Positions 38,362 through 49,044 of a stretch of DNA of 64,000 bases are shown piece by piece. The stretch is from the NCBI GenBank assembly GCA_030424715.1, contig JAUHWH010000002.1, forward strand, positions 147,080-211,079, in the 5' to 3' direction. The stretch is from Bdellovibrionia bacterium (lineage in GTDB: Bacteria; Bdellovibrionota; Bdellovibrionia; Bdellovibrionales; JAGQZY01). The stretch's first letter is position 1, and each line of letters opens with the position of its first letter. Position numbers and translations under genes: made by a program. Under the pieces are notes generated by a model. It was not told where the DNA came from. It saw only the letters and a program-made list of their open reading frames with translations, and did no database searches.

Positions 38362-38727
38362 ATGAAATCTTTAGTTTTTGGAGTACTTGCCAGCCTATTT
38401 TCTTTAAATGCCCTGGCCATCGATTGCCATGGAACCGAGCCTTTTTGGGCAGCGGAAGTTGCTGACGACAAAGTGGTTCTTGAAGGCCCCGGCTATGAGC
38501 CGGCTTTAACCCTACCCGTTACCAATGTTTCGGGTGCTGCTGGTTACACGGCTTCCTTCTTACAAGTTTTTTCTAACAACAATGGTCAAGTTGCCATGGT
38601 GACTTCTAATGAATGCAACAACGGAATGAGCGATCACATCTTTCCAAACGAAGTTTATATCTTTACCGGATCAACCACTCTGTACGGTTGCTGTGGAGAA
38701 GGTGTCATCGTCGGCCCAGGAAACTAA
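38362..38727 (+). CDS. Small secreted protein, COG3650-like
   Basis: Signal peptide ending ALA; CHGTEPFW..CNNGMSD..GCC pattern; AGGAG SD. Confidence 0.7.
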   Translation: MKSLVFGVLASLFSLNALAIDCHGTEPFWAAEVADDKVVLEGPGYEPALTLPVTNVSGAAGYTASFLQVFSNNNGQVAMVTSNECNNGMSDHIFPNEVYIFTGSTTLYGCCGEGVIVGPGN

Positions 38728-38750
38728 AAAATAATTTTTATGACGATTTC

Positions 38751-38779
38751 AAAAAGGCCACATCGCGTGGCCTTTTTTT
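38751..38779. terminator. Bidirectional rho-independent terminator
   Basis: AAAAAGGCCAC-ATCGC-GTGGCCTTTTTTT between convergent genes. Confidence 0.85.
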
Positions 38780-38783
38780 GTTT

Positions 38784-40187
38784 TTAATAAACGGGCGTGG
38801 GGTACTTGTCGGTGAAGCAGGCCGCACAGTATTTTTCGGACTCTTGGTCGTCGACCGCTTTCATCAAGCCCTCCATACTAACGTATTTTAAAGTGTCAGC
38901 GCCGATGTACTTGCGAATCTCTTCGTTGGAGTGACTGCTAGCAATCAACTGATCTTTACTGGGCGTGTCCACACCATAATAACAAGGGCCAATAGTGGGT
39001 GGAGCGGCAATCCGCATGTGAACTTCTTTGGCGCCGAAGGCCCGCACTAAGTTAATGATCTTTTGCGAGGTGGTTCCTCGAACCAAAGAGTCATCGACCA
39101 CAATAATTTTTTTACCTTTTAAGATGGCCTCTTGGGGATTGAGCTTCACCTTTACCCCAAAGTTGCGAATGCTCTGCTTGGGTTCAATAAAGGTTCGCCC
39201 CACATAGTGGTTGCGAATAATACCCAACTCGAACGGCAAACCGCTTTGCTGAGAGTAACCGATGGCGGCTGGCACGCCACTGTCAGGGACAGGGATCACC
39301 AGGTCGGCATTCATGTCGCCATCTTCGATGGCCAAATGACACCCCAGTTTCTTACGAGTCTCGTAGACGCTGTTGCCAAAAACAACAGAATCAGGGCGAG
39401 AAAAATACACATGCTCAAACACGCACTGGCTTTTTTGCTTCGGGACATCTTCTAGAAAAAAGGAGCCCTCTTCTTTGTCGTTACAATAGTAAATCTCACC
39501 GGGTTCGATCTCGCGAATGAATTTGGCGCCGATGAGGTCAAAGGCACAGGTCTCCGATGACACCACTTTGGCTTTCCCACCGTTGACTTCAATCTCTCCG
39601 AGGACCAAGGGCCGAAAGCCTTGGGGGTCCCGAGCGGCGATCAACTGCTTGTCGGTTAGCATAACCATGGAGAAGGCTCCCTCCAACTTGGGGAGTTCTT
39701 CTTTCAGACAGGTCAGCATATCGGAGTTCTCATTGCGTGCGATCAGATGCAAAAAAAGTTCGGTGTCGTTCGTCCCTTGAAAAATGGAGCCCATTTTTTT
39801 TAGGCTTTCACGCAACGGCTTGGAATTAATGATATTACCGTTATGGGCAATGGAAACGGGACCGTTATAGAGATTGGCTTTCAATGGTTGAATATTATAC
39901 TTCTCGTTGGCTCCAGTTGTGGAATAACGGTTGTGGCCGATGGAGGCTTGGCCCTTTAAGCTATCCAACACCTCTTCACTGAAGACGTCCGCCACCAAGC
40001 CGTGGGCTTTGTGTAAAAGATGCTGGCCTTCATGAAGGCTGACGATCCCCGCGGCCTCTTGCCCCCGATGCTGGAGAGCGTACAAGCCCAGATAAGAGAG
40101 GCGACTGGCCTCCGGGTGATTCCAAATACCGAAGACGGCACATTCTTCACGAAAGCCGTGGGAATGCTTTTGTCCATGAACTTGCAT
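38784..40187 (-). CDS. purF: Amidophosphoribosyltransferase
   Basis: Propeptide then [40 protein letters not shown]. Confidence 0.96.
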   Translation of the reverse strand: MQVHGQKHSHGFREECAVFGIWNHPEASRLSYLGLYALQHRGQEAAGIVSLHEGQHLLHKAHGLVADVFSEEVLDSLKGQASIGHNRYSTTGANEKYNIQPLKANLYNGPVSIAHNGNIINSKPLRESLKKMGSIFQGTNDTELFLHLIARNENSDMLTCLKEELPKLEGAFSMVMLTDKQLIAARDPQGFRPLVLGEIEVNGGKAKVVSSETCAFDLIGAKFIREIEPGEIYYCNDKEEGSFFLEDVPKQKSQCVFEHVYFSRPDSVVFGNSVYETRKKLGCHLAIEDGDMNADLVIPVPDSGVPAAIGYSQQSGLPFELGIIRNHYVGRTFIEPKQSIRNFGVKVKLNPQEAILKGKKIIVVDDSLVRGTTSQKIINLVRAFGAKEVHMRIAAPPTIGPCYYGVDTPSKDQLIASSHSNEEIRKYIGADTLKYVSMEGLMKAVDDQESEKYCAACFTDKYPTPVY

Positions 40188-42309
40188 AGGACTCCTTAAT
40201 GTCTCTTGTTGAGAGATCCAAATCATTCCAAATGAGTCGATCACCAGTGACCACACCGATGACAGTGGCGTCGATGTTGTGACTGGCCAAAGACGACAGC
40301 AGTCGCTCTTTTTGAGTGTCTGCCACGGTCAGAACCACCTGATAAAGGGGCTCAAGACCGGCGGGACCATCCCACTGAATTCGAGCACCCAGGCCCCGAT
40401 CCAAAGTCATACGGCTTAGGGTGTAAGCCAAACCGAAATTACCAACGATTCTCGAGGCGGTGACGTCGAGACTGTTGACGACCTGGGCAAAGTTTTTTGT
40501 GTCTTGTGCGAGTTTGGCAAGCTCCGTGTCGAAAAAGAACTGCCCTTGTTTGTTTTGGTTCTCCCAGAGCAGTCCCTGACTGCAGCCCTTTGCCAAGGTC
40601 ACTAACACAACCGAGTTGCCTTCGCTGGTAAAACCCGAGGCCGGAATATTATCGATCGAGGGACGCAGCCCCACTAAACCGGTGCTCGGAGTGGGTGAAA
40701 CCCCTTTGTCCAAGGTTTCATTGTAGAAACTCACGTTGCCACTAATAATCGGCGCCACAAAAGCTTCACAGGCCTTGTTCATGCCATCAAGAGCGGCGAC
40801 AAACTCGGTCATCACCTCTTTCTTTTCAGGGTTGCCGAAGTTTAAACAATCGGTGGTCGCAAGGGCTTCAAAGCCTTTTGATGCCAGTTCAATGGCAGGA
40901 TACGCGATAGAGTCCATCCCACCGAGCCAAGCGTCTTGTCGCATGATATGGGGGCGACAACCGAGAACCACGCCAAGGGCTCGTCCAGACGGTAAGGCCA
41001 CAGCACCCACAGGGTTACTGCAGTCCTGGGCCGTGTTGGCACCCACACGTTGATCGTATTGTTTGTAAACCCAACTTTTATCACCCCCCGTGACGTGGGA
41101 CAGGGTCGCTAGTAGCGATTCATTGTTCACATCCCCATCGGAGATTTCACCGTGCTCACTGCGAGTGGCCGAGGTCCATGGATTAAAGGGGCGCTCGTAT
41201 TGGGGCGCATTGTCCACCACCATCTTGGGACTCATTTCTGTTAAGGTCTCCCCTTTCCAGATCAAGCGCACCACAGGGTCTTCAATGACTTCACCGACTG
41301 CGACGGCATCAAGACCCCAACGATGAAAGATGTCTTGCAAAGGTTTTAACTTCTCTGGCTTGCAAATAAGGAGCATGCGCTCTTGGCTCTCTGACAATAG
41401 GACATCTTCAGGAGTCATGGTTTCGTCGCGCAGAGGAACGTGATCGAGGTTGAGTGTGATCCCGATACTGCCCTTGTCCGCCATTTCAAAGCCAGAGCTG
41501 GTGAGGCCTGCGGCCCCCATGTCTTGAATGGCCACCACAAGATCTTGTTTCATCACCTCTAAGCAAGACTCAATCAACAGTTTCTCGAAAAAGGGGTCAC
41601 CAATCTGTACCGTAGGGCGCTTGCTCTCGGAGTCTTCGTCGAACGATTCACTGGCCATACTGGCACCATGAACGCCATCGCGCCCGGTTTTAGCCCCCAC
41701 ATAGACCACCAAGTTACCAACGCCTTTGGCTTGCGACAGACAAATGGGGTCGTCTTTCGTAAAAAGACCCACGGCCATAGCGTTCACTAAAATATTGCCA
41801 TCGTAGGATTCGTGAAAATTGGTCTGTCCCGACACCGTCGGAACACCGACGCAATTGCCGTAACCGCCAATACCTCGGACCACTCCATCGACCAATTCTG
41901 ACATTCTATCGGCCGTCGGCTTACCAAAACAAAGATAGTTCGCCAGCGCGATGGGGCGCGCGCCCATGGTGAAGATGTCACGTAATATTCCACCCACCCC
42001 AGTAGCAGCGCCTTGATAAGGCTCGATAAAACTGGGGTGATTGTGGCTTTCCATTTTAAAAGCCACTTTTTCGTCTTCACCGAGATCCACGATCCCGGCG
42101 TTTTCACCAAAGCTTTGTAAGACCCGCTCGGATTGGCTGAATAATTTTTTTAAATGAACTTTTGAACTTTTATAGGAGCAGTGCTCACTCCATAGAGCCG
42201 AGAAAACCGCCCACTCAACGCCTTGTGGCTCTCGCCCCAGCAACTCAGTGATTCTCGCGTATTCGGTCTCGTTGATTCGATAGAGTTTGAGTTTTTCTTG
42301 TAGAGTCAT
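40147..42309 (-). CDS. purL: FGAM synthase subunit PurL (small type)
   Basis: [48 protein letters not shown]. Confidence 0.96.
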   Translation of the reverse strand: MTLQEKLKLYRINETEYARITELLGREPQGVEWAVFSALWSEHCSYKSSKVHLKKLFSQSERVLQSFGENAGIVDLGEDEKVAFKMESHNHPSFIEPYQGAATGVGGILRDIFTMGARPIALANYLCFGKPTADRMSELVDGVVRGIGGYGNCVGVPTVSGQTNFHESYDGNILVNAMAVGLFTKDDPICLSQAKGVGNLVVYVGAKTGRDGVHGASMASESFDEDSESKRPTVQIGDPFFEKLLIESCLEVMKQDLVVAIQDMGAAGLTSSGFEMADKGSIGITLNLDHVPLRDETMTPEDVLLSESQERMLLICKPEKLKPLQDIFHRWGLDAVAVGEVIEDPVVRLIWKGETLTEMSPKMVVDNAPQYERPFNPWTSATRSEHGEISDGDVNNESLLATLSHVTGGDKSWVYKQYDQRVGANTAQDCSNPVGAVALPSGRALGVVLGCRPHIMRQDAWLGGMDSIAYPAIELASKGFEALATTDCLNFGNPEKKEVMTEFVAALDGMNKACEAFVAPIISGNVSFYNETLDKGVSPTPSTGLVGLRPSIDNIPASGFTSEGNSVVLVTLAKGCSQGLLWENQNKQGQFFFDTELAKLAQDTKNFAQVVNSLDVTASRIVGNFGLAYTLSRMTLDRGLGARIQWDGPAGLEPLYQVVLTVADTQKERLLSSLASHNIDATVIGVVTGDRLIWNDLDLSTRDIKESYASSWTKAFPRLS

Positions 42310-42959
42310 GCTTCACCCGTCCAATCGAAAAATTGTAGGCCGTCCGTGCTTCCCATCCATTCAAATAGAGCACGATCTGGATGAGGCATCATTCCCACCA
42401 CATTGCCTCGCTCGTTCATAACACCGGCGATGTCGGCCACCGAACCATTGGGATTGTTGGTATAAGTGAGCCAAACTTGGCCTTTGTCTTTAAGGTCCTT
42501 GAGTCCTTCTTCGTTTATAAAGAAGCGACCATCGGCATGAGCCATGGGCATACGAAAAGACTCACCCACTTTTGCTGGGGTCCAACCGCTTTTGTTTTCT
42601 AGTTTCAGTGTGACCCACTGATCAATGAATCGCCCATTTTCGTTACGCATCAGTGCACCAGGGAGCATACCGGCTTCGCAGAGAATCTGAAAGCCATTGC
42701 AAATACCGAAGATGGGTTTGCCTTGAGCATCGGCCTTTTTAAGACTTGTCATTGCTGGACTGAGGGCTGCTAAGGCACCTGATCTCAGGTAGTCACCGTA
42801 ACTGAATCCGCCGGGTACTAAAAAGGCGTCGAAGTCCTCTGGACTGAATTCGTCTTGGTACCAAATCCACTGGGGCGTATGGCCCTTGAGTTCGATGGAC
42901 TTCCAGATATCGCGATCACAATTGGTTCCGGGAAACCGAAGAACACCCACCCGACTCAT
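42306..42959 (-). CDS. purQ: FGAM synthase glutaminase subunit PurQ
   Basis: [38 protein letters not shown]. Confidence 0.95.
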   Translation of the reverse strand: MSRVGVLRFPGTNCDRDIWKSIELKGHTPQWIWYQDEFSPEDFDAFLVPGGFSYGDYLRSGALAALSPAMTSLKKADAQGKPIFGICNGFQILCEAGMLPGALMRNENGRFIDQWVTLKLENKSGWTPAKVGESFRMPMAHADGRFFINEEGLKDLKDKGQVWLTYTNNPNGSVADIAGVMNERGNVVGMMPHPDRALFEWMGSTDGLQFFDWTGEA

Positions 42960-43192
42960 AGTTTTTCCAATTGATAGTTTTCAATCAAGGGGTTGTAGAG
43001 CCCTTTCTCGGCCATGGCCGTTGCCATCTTTTCACCCTCGGCAGGGTTTGAGGCATTGACCTCGAGAACGATGTACTTACCCACATGACACTCAGAAAGA
43101 TCGAAGCCGTGGCTCTGTAGCGTGCTTTGCACCGCTCGCCCTTGAGTGTCGAGAACTTCAGGTTTTGGCAATACTTTTAAAGCAAATTTCAT
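42956..43192 (-). CDS. purS: FGAM synthase subunit PurS
   Basis: KPEVLDTQG, GKY, NPLIENY; lies between purC and purQ. Confidence 0.93.
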   Translation of the reverse strand: MKFALKVLPKPEVLDTQGRAVQSTLQSHGFDLSECHVGKYIVLEVNASNPAEGEKMATAMAEKGLYNPLIENYQLEKL

Positions 43193-43198
43193 GGGTCC

Positions 43199-43918
43199 CT
43201 ACTTTGTTAATCGGTTTAACACTTCTTGATAATTCTCGAGCACATCGCCCAAGTCTCGACGAAATCGATCTTTGTCCATTTTTTCGTTGGTTTGTTTGTC
43301 CCAAAGGCGGCAACTGTCTGGTGAGATCTCATCACCCAACAAGATTTCACCAGCACTGTCGTAGCCAAACTCCAATTTGAAATCGATCAAACGGATGCCA
43401 GCCTCATCAAACATTTTTAACATCACCGCGTTCACTTGCAGAGCTCGGTCTTTAAGCTTTTGCAAATCGCTGTCGTGGCGCACTGTTTTTAGAAGAAGAG
43501 CTTGATCATCACTGATGAAGGGATCACCCAACTCATCTTTCTTGTAGTAAAACTCAACCAGTGGTTTCTCTAGAGCGGTGCCTTCGGCCATCCCCAATTT
43601 CTTGGCCGTGGAGCCCGCAAGCACATTGCGCACCACCACTTCAAGATCGATCATCTCCAATTTCTGGGTGATCATGTGAATGTCTCCGGAGTCAGCAACC
43701 CAATGCGACGGGATCTTCTGGTCTTTGAGTTTTTGAAAGATCAAAGAGGCAATGGCGCGATTGATTTGCCCCTTGCCTTTCATCTCGGCTTTTTTTTCAC
43801 CGTTAAAAGCGGTGAAGGAATCTTTAAACTCTTGCCATATCAATTGCGACTCACCTGACACATTAAAAATGCGTTTCGCTTTGCCTTCGTAAAGCAACTC
43901 TCCTTGCGTGTGACTCAT
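43199..43918 (-). CDS. purC: SAICAR synthase
   Basis: LYEGKAK, EVVVRN, DFKLEFG, DEISPDSCRLWD, DKDRFR. Confidence 0.96.
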   Translation of the reverse strand: MSHTQGELLYEGKAKRIFNVSGESQLIWQEFKDSFTAFNGEKKAEMKGKGQINRAIASLIFQKLKDQKIPSHWVADSGDIHMITQKLEMIDLEVVVRNVLAGSTAKKLGMAEGTALEKPLVEFYYKKDELGDPFISDDQALLLKTVRHDSDLQKLKDRALQVNAVMLKMFDEAGIRLIDFKLEFGYDSAGEILLGDEISPDSCRLWDKQTNEKMDKDRFRRDLGDVLENYQEVLNRLTK

Positions 43919-45204
43919 TGCAAGGCTCCTTTCATAACTTCTTCAACCTGGGCCAGATGACGTTGCCCGGAGAAGATTTCATCAATCACTTTTTGATCAA
44001 AAAAGTCTTTGGTCTCTGGGTGCAGCAACAGCTGATCTCTTAAATGCTGACCGGGCTCCAATTGATGGGACACGCTTTGGGCCTTTTTATAAGCCTCTTC
44101 ACGGGACAAGCCTTGATCCACCATATGCAATAACAGATGGGAGCTGAACAGTTGGCCCTGGGATAGTTCCATGTTGGCGAGCATTCGCTCGGCATTCACG
44201 TCAAGATTTTCAACCACACCCGCCATCCGGTGGAGAGCGTAGTCACAGAGAATAAATGCGTCGGGAAAAATCACTCGCTCCACCGAAGAATGAGAAATAT
44301 CACGCTCATGCCACAACGCCATATTCTCCATGGCCGACAAACAGTAAGAGCGCAGCAATCGTGCACAGCCCGTGATGTTCTCCGAACTGATGGGATTTTT
44401 TTTGTGAGGCATGGCACTGGAGCCTTTTTGTCCTTTGCTAAAGCCTTCGTAGGCTTCGGCCACTTCGTTGCGCTGCAAATGGCGAAACTCAACAGCCAAA
44501 CGCTCGAGAGCACCACCCATCAGCGCTAAACATGAAAACAGTTCGGCGTGGCGATCTCGCGGAATCACTTGGGTGGCCACTGTTTCCGGTTTTAGGTTCA
44601 AATATTCACAAACCTTTTTCTCCACGTCGGGCTTTAAAAACGAGTAGGTCCCCACCGCACCACTAAGCTTGCCGATGGCCATATTCTCCATAGCGGCGTG
44701 AAAACGCTTTTCGTGACGAGCAAACTCGGCGTAGAAGCCCGCGAGCTTTAAACCAAAAGTCGTCGGCTCTGCATGCATCCCGTGGGTTCGGCCGGAGCAT
44801 ATGGTGCCCTTGTGCTCAAGCGCTTTGGATTTTAAAGATTTCATCAAAGCATGCAGAGAGGACAACAGCACTGGCCCGGCTTTGCCGACCTGCACACTCA
44901 AGGCTGTGTCCAGCGCATCTGAGCTGGTCATCCCATAATGCAGGTAGCGCCCCTCAGGGCCGACGTTTTCTGCCATATTGGAAACAAAAGCGATGATGTC
45001 ATGTTTGGTTTGTTTTTCGATTTCTAAGATACGGTCGATTTGAAAGTCGGCTTTTTCAGCGATCACTGGATAAGCGGCAGCGGGAATGATGCCGAGCTCG
45101 GCCTGGGCTCTCGCAACCGCGAGTTCCACATCTTTGAGACACTCGAATCGAGCCTCTTGGCTCCAGAGCTGCCCCATCTCCATTCTTGTGTAACGTTGGA
45201 TCAC
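43915..45204 (-). CDS. purB: Adenylosuccinate lyase
   Basis: GTG 45204 follows an AAGGAG SD; HYGMTSSD, GRTHG, GSSAMPHKKNP, WHERDISHSS. Confidence 0.96.
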   Translation of the reverse strand: MIQRYTRMEMGQLWSQEARFECLKDVELAVARAQAELGIIPAAAYPVIAEKADFQIDRILEIEKQTKHDIIAFVSNMAENVGPEGRYLHYGMTSSDALDTALSVQVGKAGPVLLSSLHALMKSLKSKALEHKGTICSGRTHGMHAEPTTFGLKLAGFYAEFARHEKRFHAAMENMAIGKLSGAVGTYSFLKPDVEKKVCEYLNLKPETVATQVIPRDRHAELFSCLALMGGALERLAVEFRHLQRNEVAEAYEGFSKGQKGSSAMPHKKNPISSENITGCARLLRSYCLSAMENMALWHERDISHSSVERVIFPDAFILCDYALHRMAGVVENLDVNAERMLANMELSQGQLFSSHLLLHMVDQGLSREEAYKKAQSVSHQLEPGQHLRDQLLLHPETKDFFDQKVIDEIFSGQRHLAQVEEVMKGALQ

Positions 45205-45332
45205 AAGAATCTCCTTTTTTGTAATTTTACCCTCTCTACATAACAAAAAGAGGTCTTAAAAGAAACGAAAGATATTTTGCCTGTGTGAAATTTTCAAAAA
45301 ACTTCCACGTCTCAGAACCGCTTAGAAAAGCG

Positions 45333-45875
45333 TCAGTGGAGTTGGTCAATCCAGGCTTGCACAAGCTCGTGCTCTTTGGCGTGAGTGCGCTCGATGACCG
45401 CCTCTAAATCCATATTAACCACAGCCTCTTTTGAGACAGCACAGTCTTGTAAGACTATGTCACCGGCATCGACGGCAGCGACAACATGATGAATCGTGAC
45501 GCCAACGGCCTCTCCATCGGCATGGGCCCGCTCAATGGCTCGCAAGCCTTTGTAGTTTGGCAATAAGGAGGGATGCAAATTAAACAGTCGCCCATGCCAC
45601 TTTTCCACAAACGATGCTGGGACAATTTTCATAAATCCAGCAAGAAAGATTTTATCAATATTTCGCGACTCAAGAGCCTCGTGCAACGCCTGCCAATCGA
45701 TGTTTTTGGGTAGGACATGGGACTCTACTCCGTGGTTGGAGGCCCGAGTGAGACCGTGGGCCTCGGCGTTGGAGCTCACCACCCATAGGCTTTGAAATTG
45801 CTGTTTGTTTTGCAAAAAAACTTCAAGATTGGAACCATGGCCCGAAACAAAAACCGCCAGGTTGATTGAGCTCAT
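45333..45875 (-). CDS. purN: Phosphoribosylglycinamide formyltransferase
   Basis: SGHGSNL, LAGFMKI, NLHPSLLP, VDAG. Confidence 0.93.
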   Translation of the reverse strand: MSSINLAVFVSGHGSNLEVFLQNKQQFQSLWVVSSNAEAHGLTRASNHGVESHVLPKNIDWQALHEALESRNIDKIFLAGFMKIVPASFVEKWHGRLFNLHPSLLPNYKGLRAIERAHADGEAVGVTIHHVVAAVDAGDIVLQDCAVSKEAVVNMDLEAVIERTHAKEHELVQAWIDQLH

Positions 45876-46888
45876 CCCCAGTCTCCAGGGATGACGATGG
45901 CCGAATCTTGCTGCTCAATCTTGCCCAAATCAAAGGCTTGGAAACCTGCCGCTGCGATTTGGTCTTGGACCGCCGAACAACTCTCTTCTGGCAACACAAA
46001 AACAAGGCCCACGCCACAATTGAAGGTCTTGAGCATCTCAGCCACACTCACCTGGGCGCGTTTCTGGGTTTCTTTCACAAGTTCCGGAAAATCCCACGGC
46101 TTGAGGCGAAAGCCCAGGCCCTCGGGGAGGACTCGAGCGACATTGTGAATCCCACCGCCCGTGATATGGGCAATCGAAGACACTTCCGCCTGTTTCAGCA
46201 CGTCCATCACCAGGTTGACGTAGAGGGCGGTCGGCTCAAGCAAACGCTCGCCCCACTGCTCTTGGTCTTGAACGGAGGGATAAAGCTTTCTTAGTAACGA
46301 GAACCCATTGCTGTGAAAGCCAGAGCTGCTCACACCCAAGACGCGATCACCGGCCTTGACTCGGTGGCCGCCCAGAATTTTGGGCTTGTCCACCACACCC
46401 ACCGCAAAGCCGGCGCAGTCGAAGTCTTTGGGTTGATAGAGCCCCGGCATCTCGGCGGTCTCGCCACCGATCAGAGCCATTTGAGATTCGATACAGGCTT
46501 TACGGACGCCCGCCAAAAATGGCTGGGCCTGCTTCAGGTCTAAGTGTGAGGTTGCAAAATAATCGAGAAAAAACAGGGGTTGGGCCCCGGTGCAGATCAG
46601 ATCGTTGGCACACATGGCAACCAGATCTTGCCCCAAGGTGTCGTACTTCTCCATTTCAATGGCCAGCTTTAGCTTGGTTCCGATGCCGTCAGTGGCACTC
46701 ACCAAACAGGGCTCTTGCATTTCACTGTAGTCAAAACGGAAAATGGAGGCAAAGCCGCCAATGCCCCCAACAATTTTGTCTTGGTGAGGGAGGGCTTCTT
46801 TATCGTTTTTGAGCCAATCCACAAAGGCATCGCCTTTTTCGATATCGACTCCGGCTGATTTGTAATCCATGGGCCTCTTTTCTCCCAT
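45872..46888 (-). CDS. purM: AIR synthase
   Basis: YKSAGVD, DGIGTK, GGETAEMPG, SSGFHSNG, HITGGG, TFNCG. Confidence 0.96.
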   Translation of the reverse strand: MGEKRPMDYKSAGVDIEKGDAFVDWLKNDKEALPHQDKIVGGIGGFASIFRFDYSEMQEPCLVSATDGIGTKLKLAIEMEKYDTLGQDLVAMCANDLICTGAQPLFFLDYFATSHLDLKQAQPFLAGVRKACIESQMALIGGETAEMPGLYQPKDFDCAGFAVGVVDKPKILGGHRVKAGDRVLGVSSSGFHSNGFSLLRKLYPSVQDQEQWGERLLEPTALYVNLVMDVLKQAEVSSIAHITGGGIHNVARVLPEGLGFRLKPWDFPELVKETQKRAQVSVAEMLKTFNCGVGLVFVLPEESCSAVQDQIAAAGFQAFDLGKIEQQDSAIVIPGDWG

Positions 46889-46991
46889 GACTACTCTTTT
46901 GTCTAGGGGAATGTCCTATTTTGAGTCAAAATCTGGTCCGGAGGTGTCTCATTTTGGATTTATTGCTAAAATGAGAAAAGACTCTCGGGGG

Positions 46992-47720
46992 ATGGCTTTG
47001 TTAAAACTGATTCTGATAATTACCATGACATTTGCTACGGCTCTCAGTCACGCTCAGTACGAGGGCGACGACGTCTACGACCCCTTCGCCGACTACTCCG
47101 AATTCGAAGAAAACAGCCAAGAAGAAGCGGACGTTAACTTTTTTCGCAACGGCCGTTTTTTTAACATCGCTCTTCTGATGGGCGGTCGCATGTTTACTGG
47201 CGGCATGTCCCAGTATATCGAAGCCACAGCGACACCCGGGCTTGCCATGACCTATTGGTTCAATCTGCGCCTGGCGCTGCAGTTTTCATACACCTACAGC
47301 CAACATCTCTTAGGGCCCATTGCAACAGGACTGGTTGACGTGAATAACAATCCACAACCGTATCAAGGGAATATGTCGGTCAACAGTCTCTCTTTTGACC
47401 TGAAATATTACATCAACACCAACAATGTCACGCGCGGGTTAGCGAACCTCAACCCTTATTTATTGGCTGGTTTTTCACAAAACACCCGCAATTTCTCGGT
47501 GGTGGGTGAGCTACAGGTCGCCAAAGACGACGGCGCTGGCATTGATATGGGATTTGGCATTGAAATTCCAGTGGCTCGTAACGAAATGTTTGTGGGCTTT
47601 CAGTTTGTCTACACCTACGTCAACTTTGCGACCGAAAACGACCCTCTTAAAAACACTCAAATCCTACTCGATGGCGACATGATGAATGCCCATTTTGTCT
47701 TTGGCTTCAACTTTTTATAG
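46992..47720 (+). CDS. Small outer-membrane beta-barrel protein with an acidic N-terminal extension
   Basis: Signal peptide ending SHA; acidic YEGDDVYDPFADYSEFEE segment; amphipathic strands (NPYLLAG); C-terminal VFGFNFL. Confidence 0.65.
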   Translation: MALLKLILIITMTFATALSHAQYEGDDVYDPFADYSEFEENSQEEADVNFFRNGRFFNIALLMGGRMFTGGMSQYIEATATPGLAMTYWFNLRLALQFSYTYSQHLLGPIATGLVDVNNNPQPYQGNMSVNSLSFDLKYYINTNNVTRGLANLNPYLLAGFSQNTRNFSVVGELQVAKDDGAGIDMGFGIEIPVARNEMFVGFQFVYTYVNFATENDPLKNTQILLDGDMMNAHFVFGFNFL

Positions 47721-49040
47721 AAAAGTAAGGGCCCAGCCCAGCAAGACTAAAAAAGGCAAACCCAAAAGCGTCAGCCACTCCCATATTTGAAAAAAGAACT
47801 TGTTATGAAAAAATACCTGTTGATGTCCGAAGACAGCCAGTCGCTCACTCCGCGAGGTGTGACGAAACATCACCCATATCATCATCAAAGCAAACAGAGG
47901 CAACACCCCATTGACCAAGATCGTGTCCATGGTGATCAAAAGACTTTGTCCCGTCCAGCCTTGCAAGGCTTTTTGTAGGACCAAAATAATGGCCGCATTG
48001 ATCCACACCAAAACCAGATTGCCGTAGACTTTCCATTTCTTATTCTTTCGAAACCGGTAAAGTAAGCGGCGATTCTCTTGAATCGCACCAAACAGCATAA
48101 GCCCGACATAGAATGTGATCACCGACAAGGACAGGAAAAACAGACTGCAATAGTAATTGCCGTAGTTCCCGTAAGACAACCACCGCGGTAAAATTTCAAA
48201 AATCCAGTTCGAACCAAAGGGCGTTTCACGCACTTGTTCGATCATGGGCAGAGCCATCAGTCCGATAAAAACACACAGCACCAATGCCATTAAGGCCGCT
48301 CTAATAAAAAGCTCGATGGGATCCATCTTGAGATTGGCTCGAAACAAGGGCTTATAGAAACCGAAGCCGACAAACAAACAAACCAAAGAATGACCGATCA
48401 CCGAGATTAAAGAGTGCGGAGTCAGAGCTGAAAAATCGGGATAGAACAAAATTTTAAAACCCTCGGTGTCATTCACTCGCACCACAATCTTCAGGAGCAA
48501 CACAAAAAGCACTGTAAAAAAGAAAGGCAGAATCCATTTCGGGAACAGGCTGAAAACACGATGGCCCGCCCGAGCAAAGACCATATAACTCCCCCCAGCC
48601 CAAACCACAGCCCCTAGCAAACTGAATTCCAGATCGGGAACAGCCGGGATGTCGGCGTAAACAGGGTCTAAATGAAGAGCCGATTTCAGATAGTAGATCA
48701 GATACACAGCCGAAGAGCTGCCCAGATAGAGGAAGAACCACAAAAAACTAAAAAGCAGGAGCCCTCGGAGCGTGAACCAGAAAAAAACAAAGATACGATC
48801 AATGAGACTTCGCCGAGAGCTCTTGCTTATATAAATCAGGCTGCCAATATCGATGTCTTTGAGTTTGCGATCAAGGACCCTCTCAACAATCAGCATCGGA
48901 AAAGCAAAGGAATTAAGTACGACAAAAAACAAAATAAGAAAAGCTCCACCACCCTGCTCAAGAAGTAAATGGGGAAACCGCAGAAGGTGCATACAAAAAA
49001 TAGCACCCATCAACGAAACGACGAACAACCGTGGCGTCAA
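47715..49040 (-). CDS. Divergent sodium:neurotransmitter symporter (NSS/SLC6)-like membrane transporter
   Basis: RFPHLLLEQGGGAFL resembles WRFPY..GGGAF; FYPDFSAL and FEILP; about 11-12 TM. Confidence 0.6.
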   Translation of the reverse strand: MTPRLFVVSLMGAIFCMHLLRFPHLLLEQGGGAFLILFFVVLNSFAFPMLIVERVLDRKLKDIDIGSLIYISKSSRRSLIDRIFVFFWFTLRGLLLFSFLWFFLYLGSSSAVYLIYYLKSALHLDPVYADIPAVPDLEFSLLGAVVWAGGSYMVFARAGHRVFSLFPKWILPFFFTVLFVLLLKIVVRVNDTEGFKILFYPDFSALTPHSLISVIGHSLVCLFVGFGFYKPLFRANLKMDPIELFIRAALMALVLCVFIGLMALPMIEQVRETPFGSNWIFEILPRWLSYGNYGNYYCSLFFLSLSVITFYVGLMLFGAIQENRRLLYRFRKNKKWKVYGNLVLVWINAAIILVLQKALQGWTGQSLLITMDTILVNGVLPLFALMMIWVMFRHTSRSERLAVFGHQQVFFHNKFFFQIWEWLTLLGLPFLVLLGWALTFL

Positions 49041-49044
49041 AGCA

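Noticed and set aside
45205..45332. Possible purine/ZTP/PRPP riboswitch in the 128-bp gap before purB
   Set aside because: No conserved aptamer core or terminator/antiterminator pair was recognisable by eye; it looks like an AT-rich promoter region.
38784..46888. Incomplete purine pathway (no purD, purE/K or purH in the cluster)
   Set aside because: Split pur loci are common; absence from a 64-kb window says nothing about the genome.
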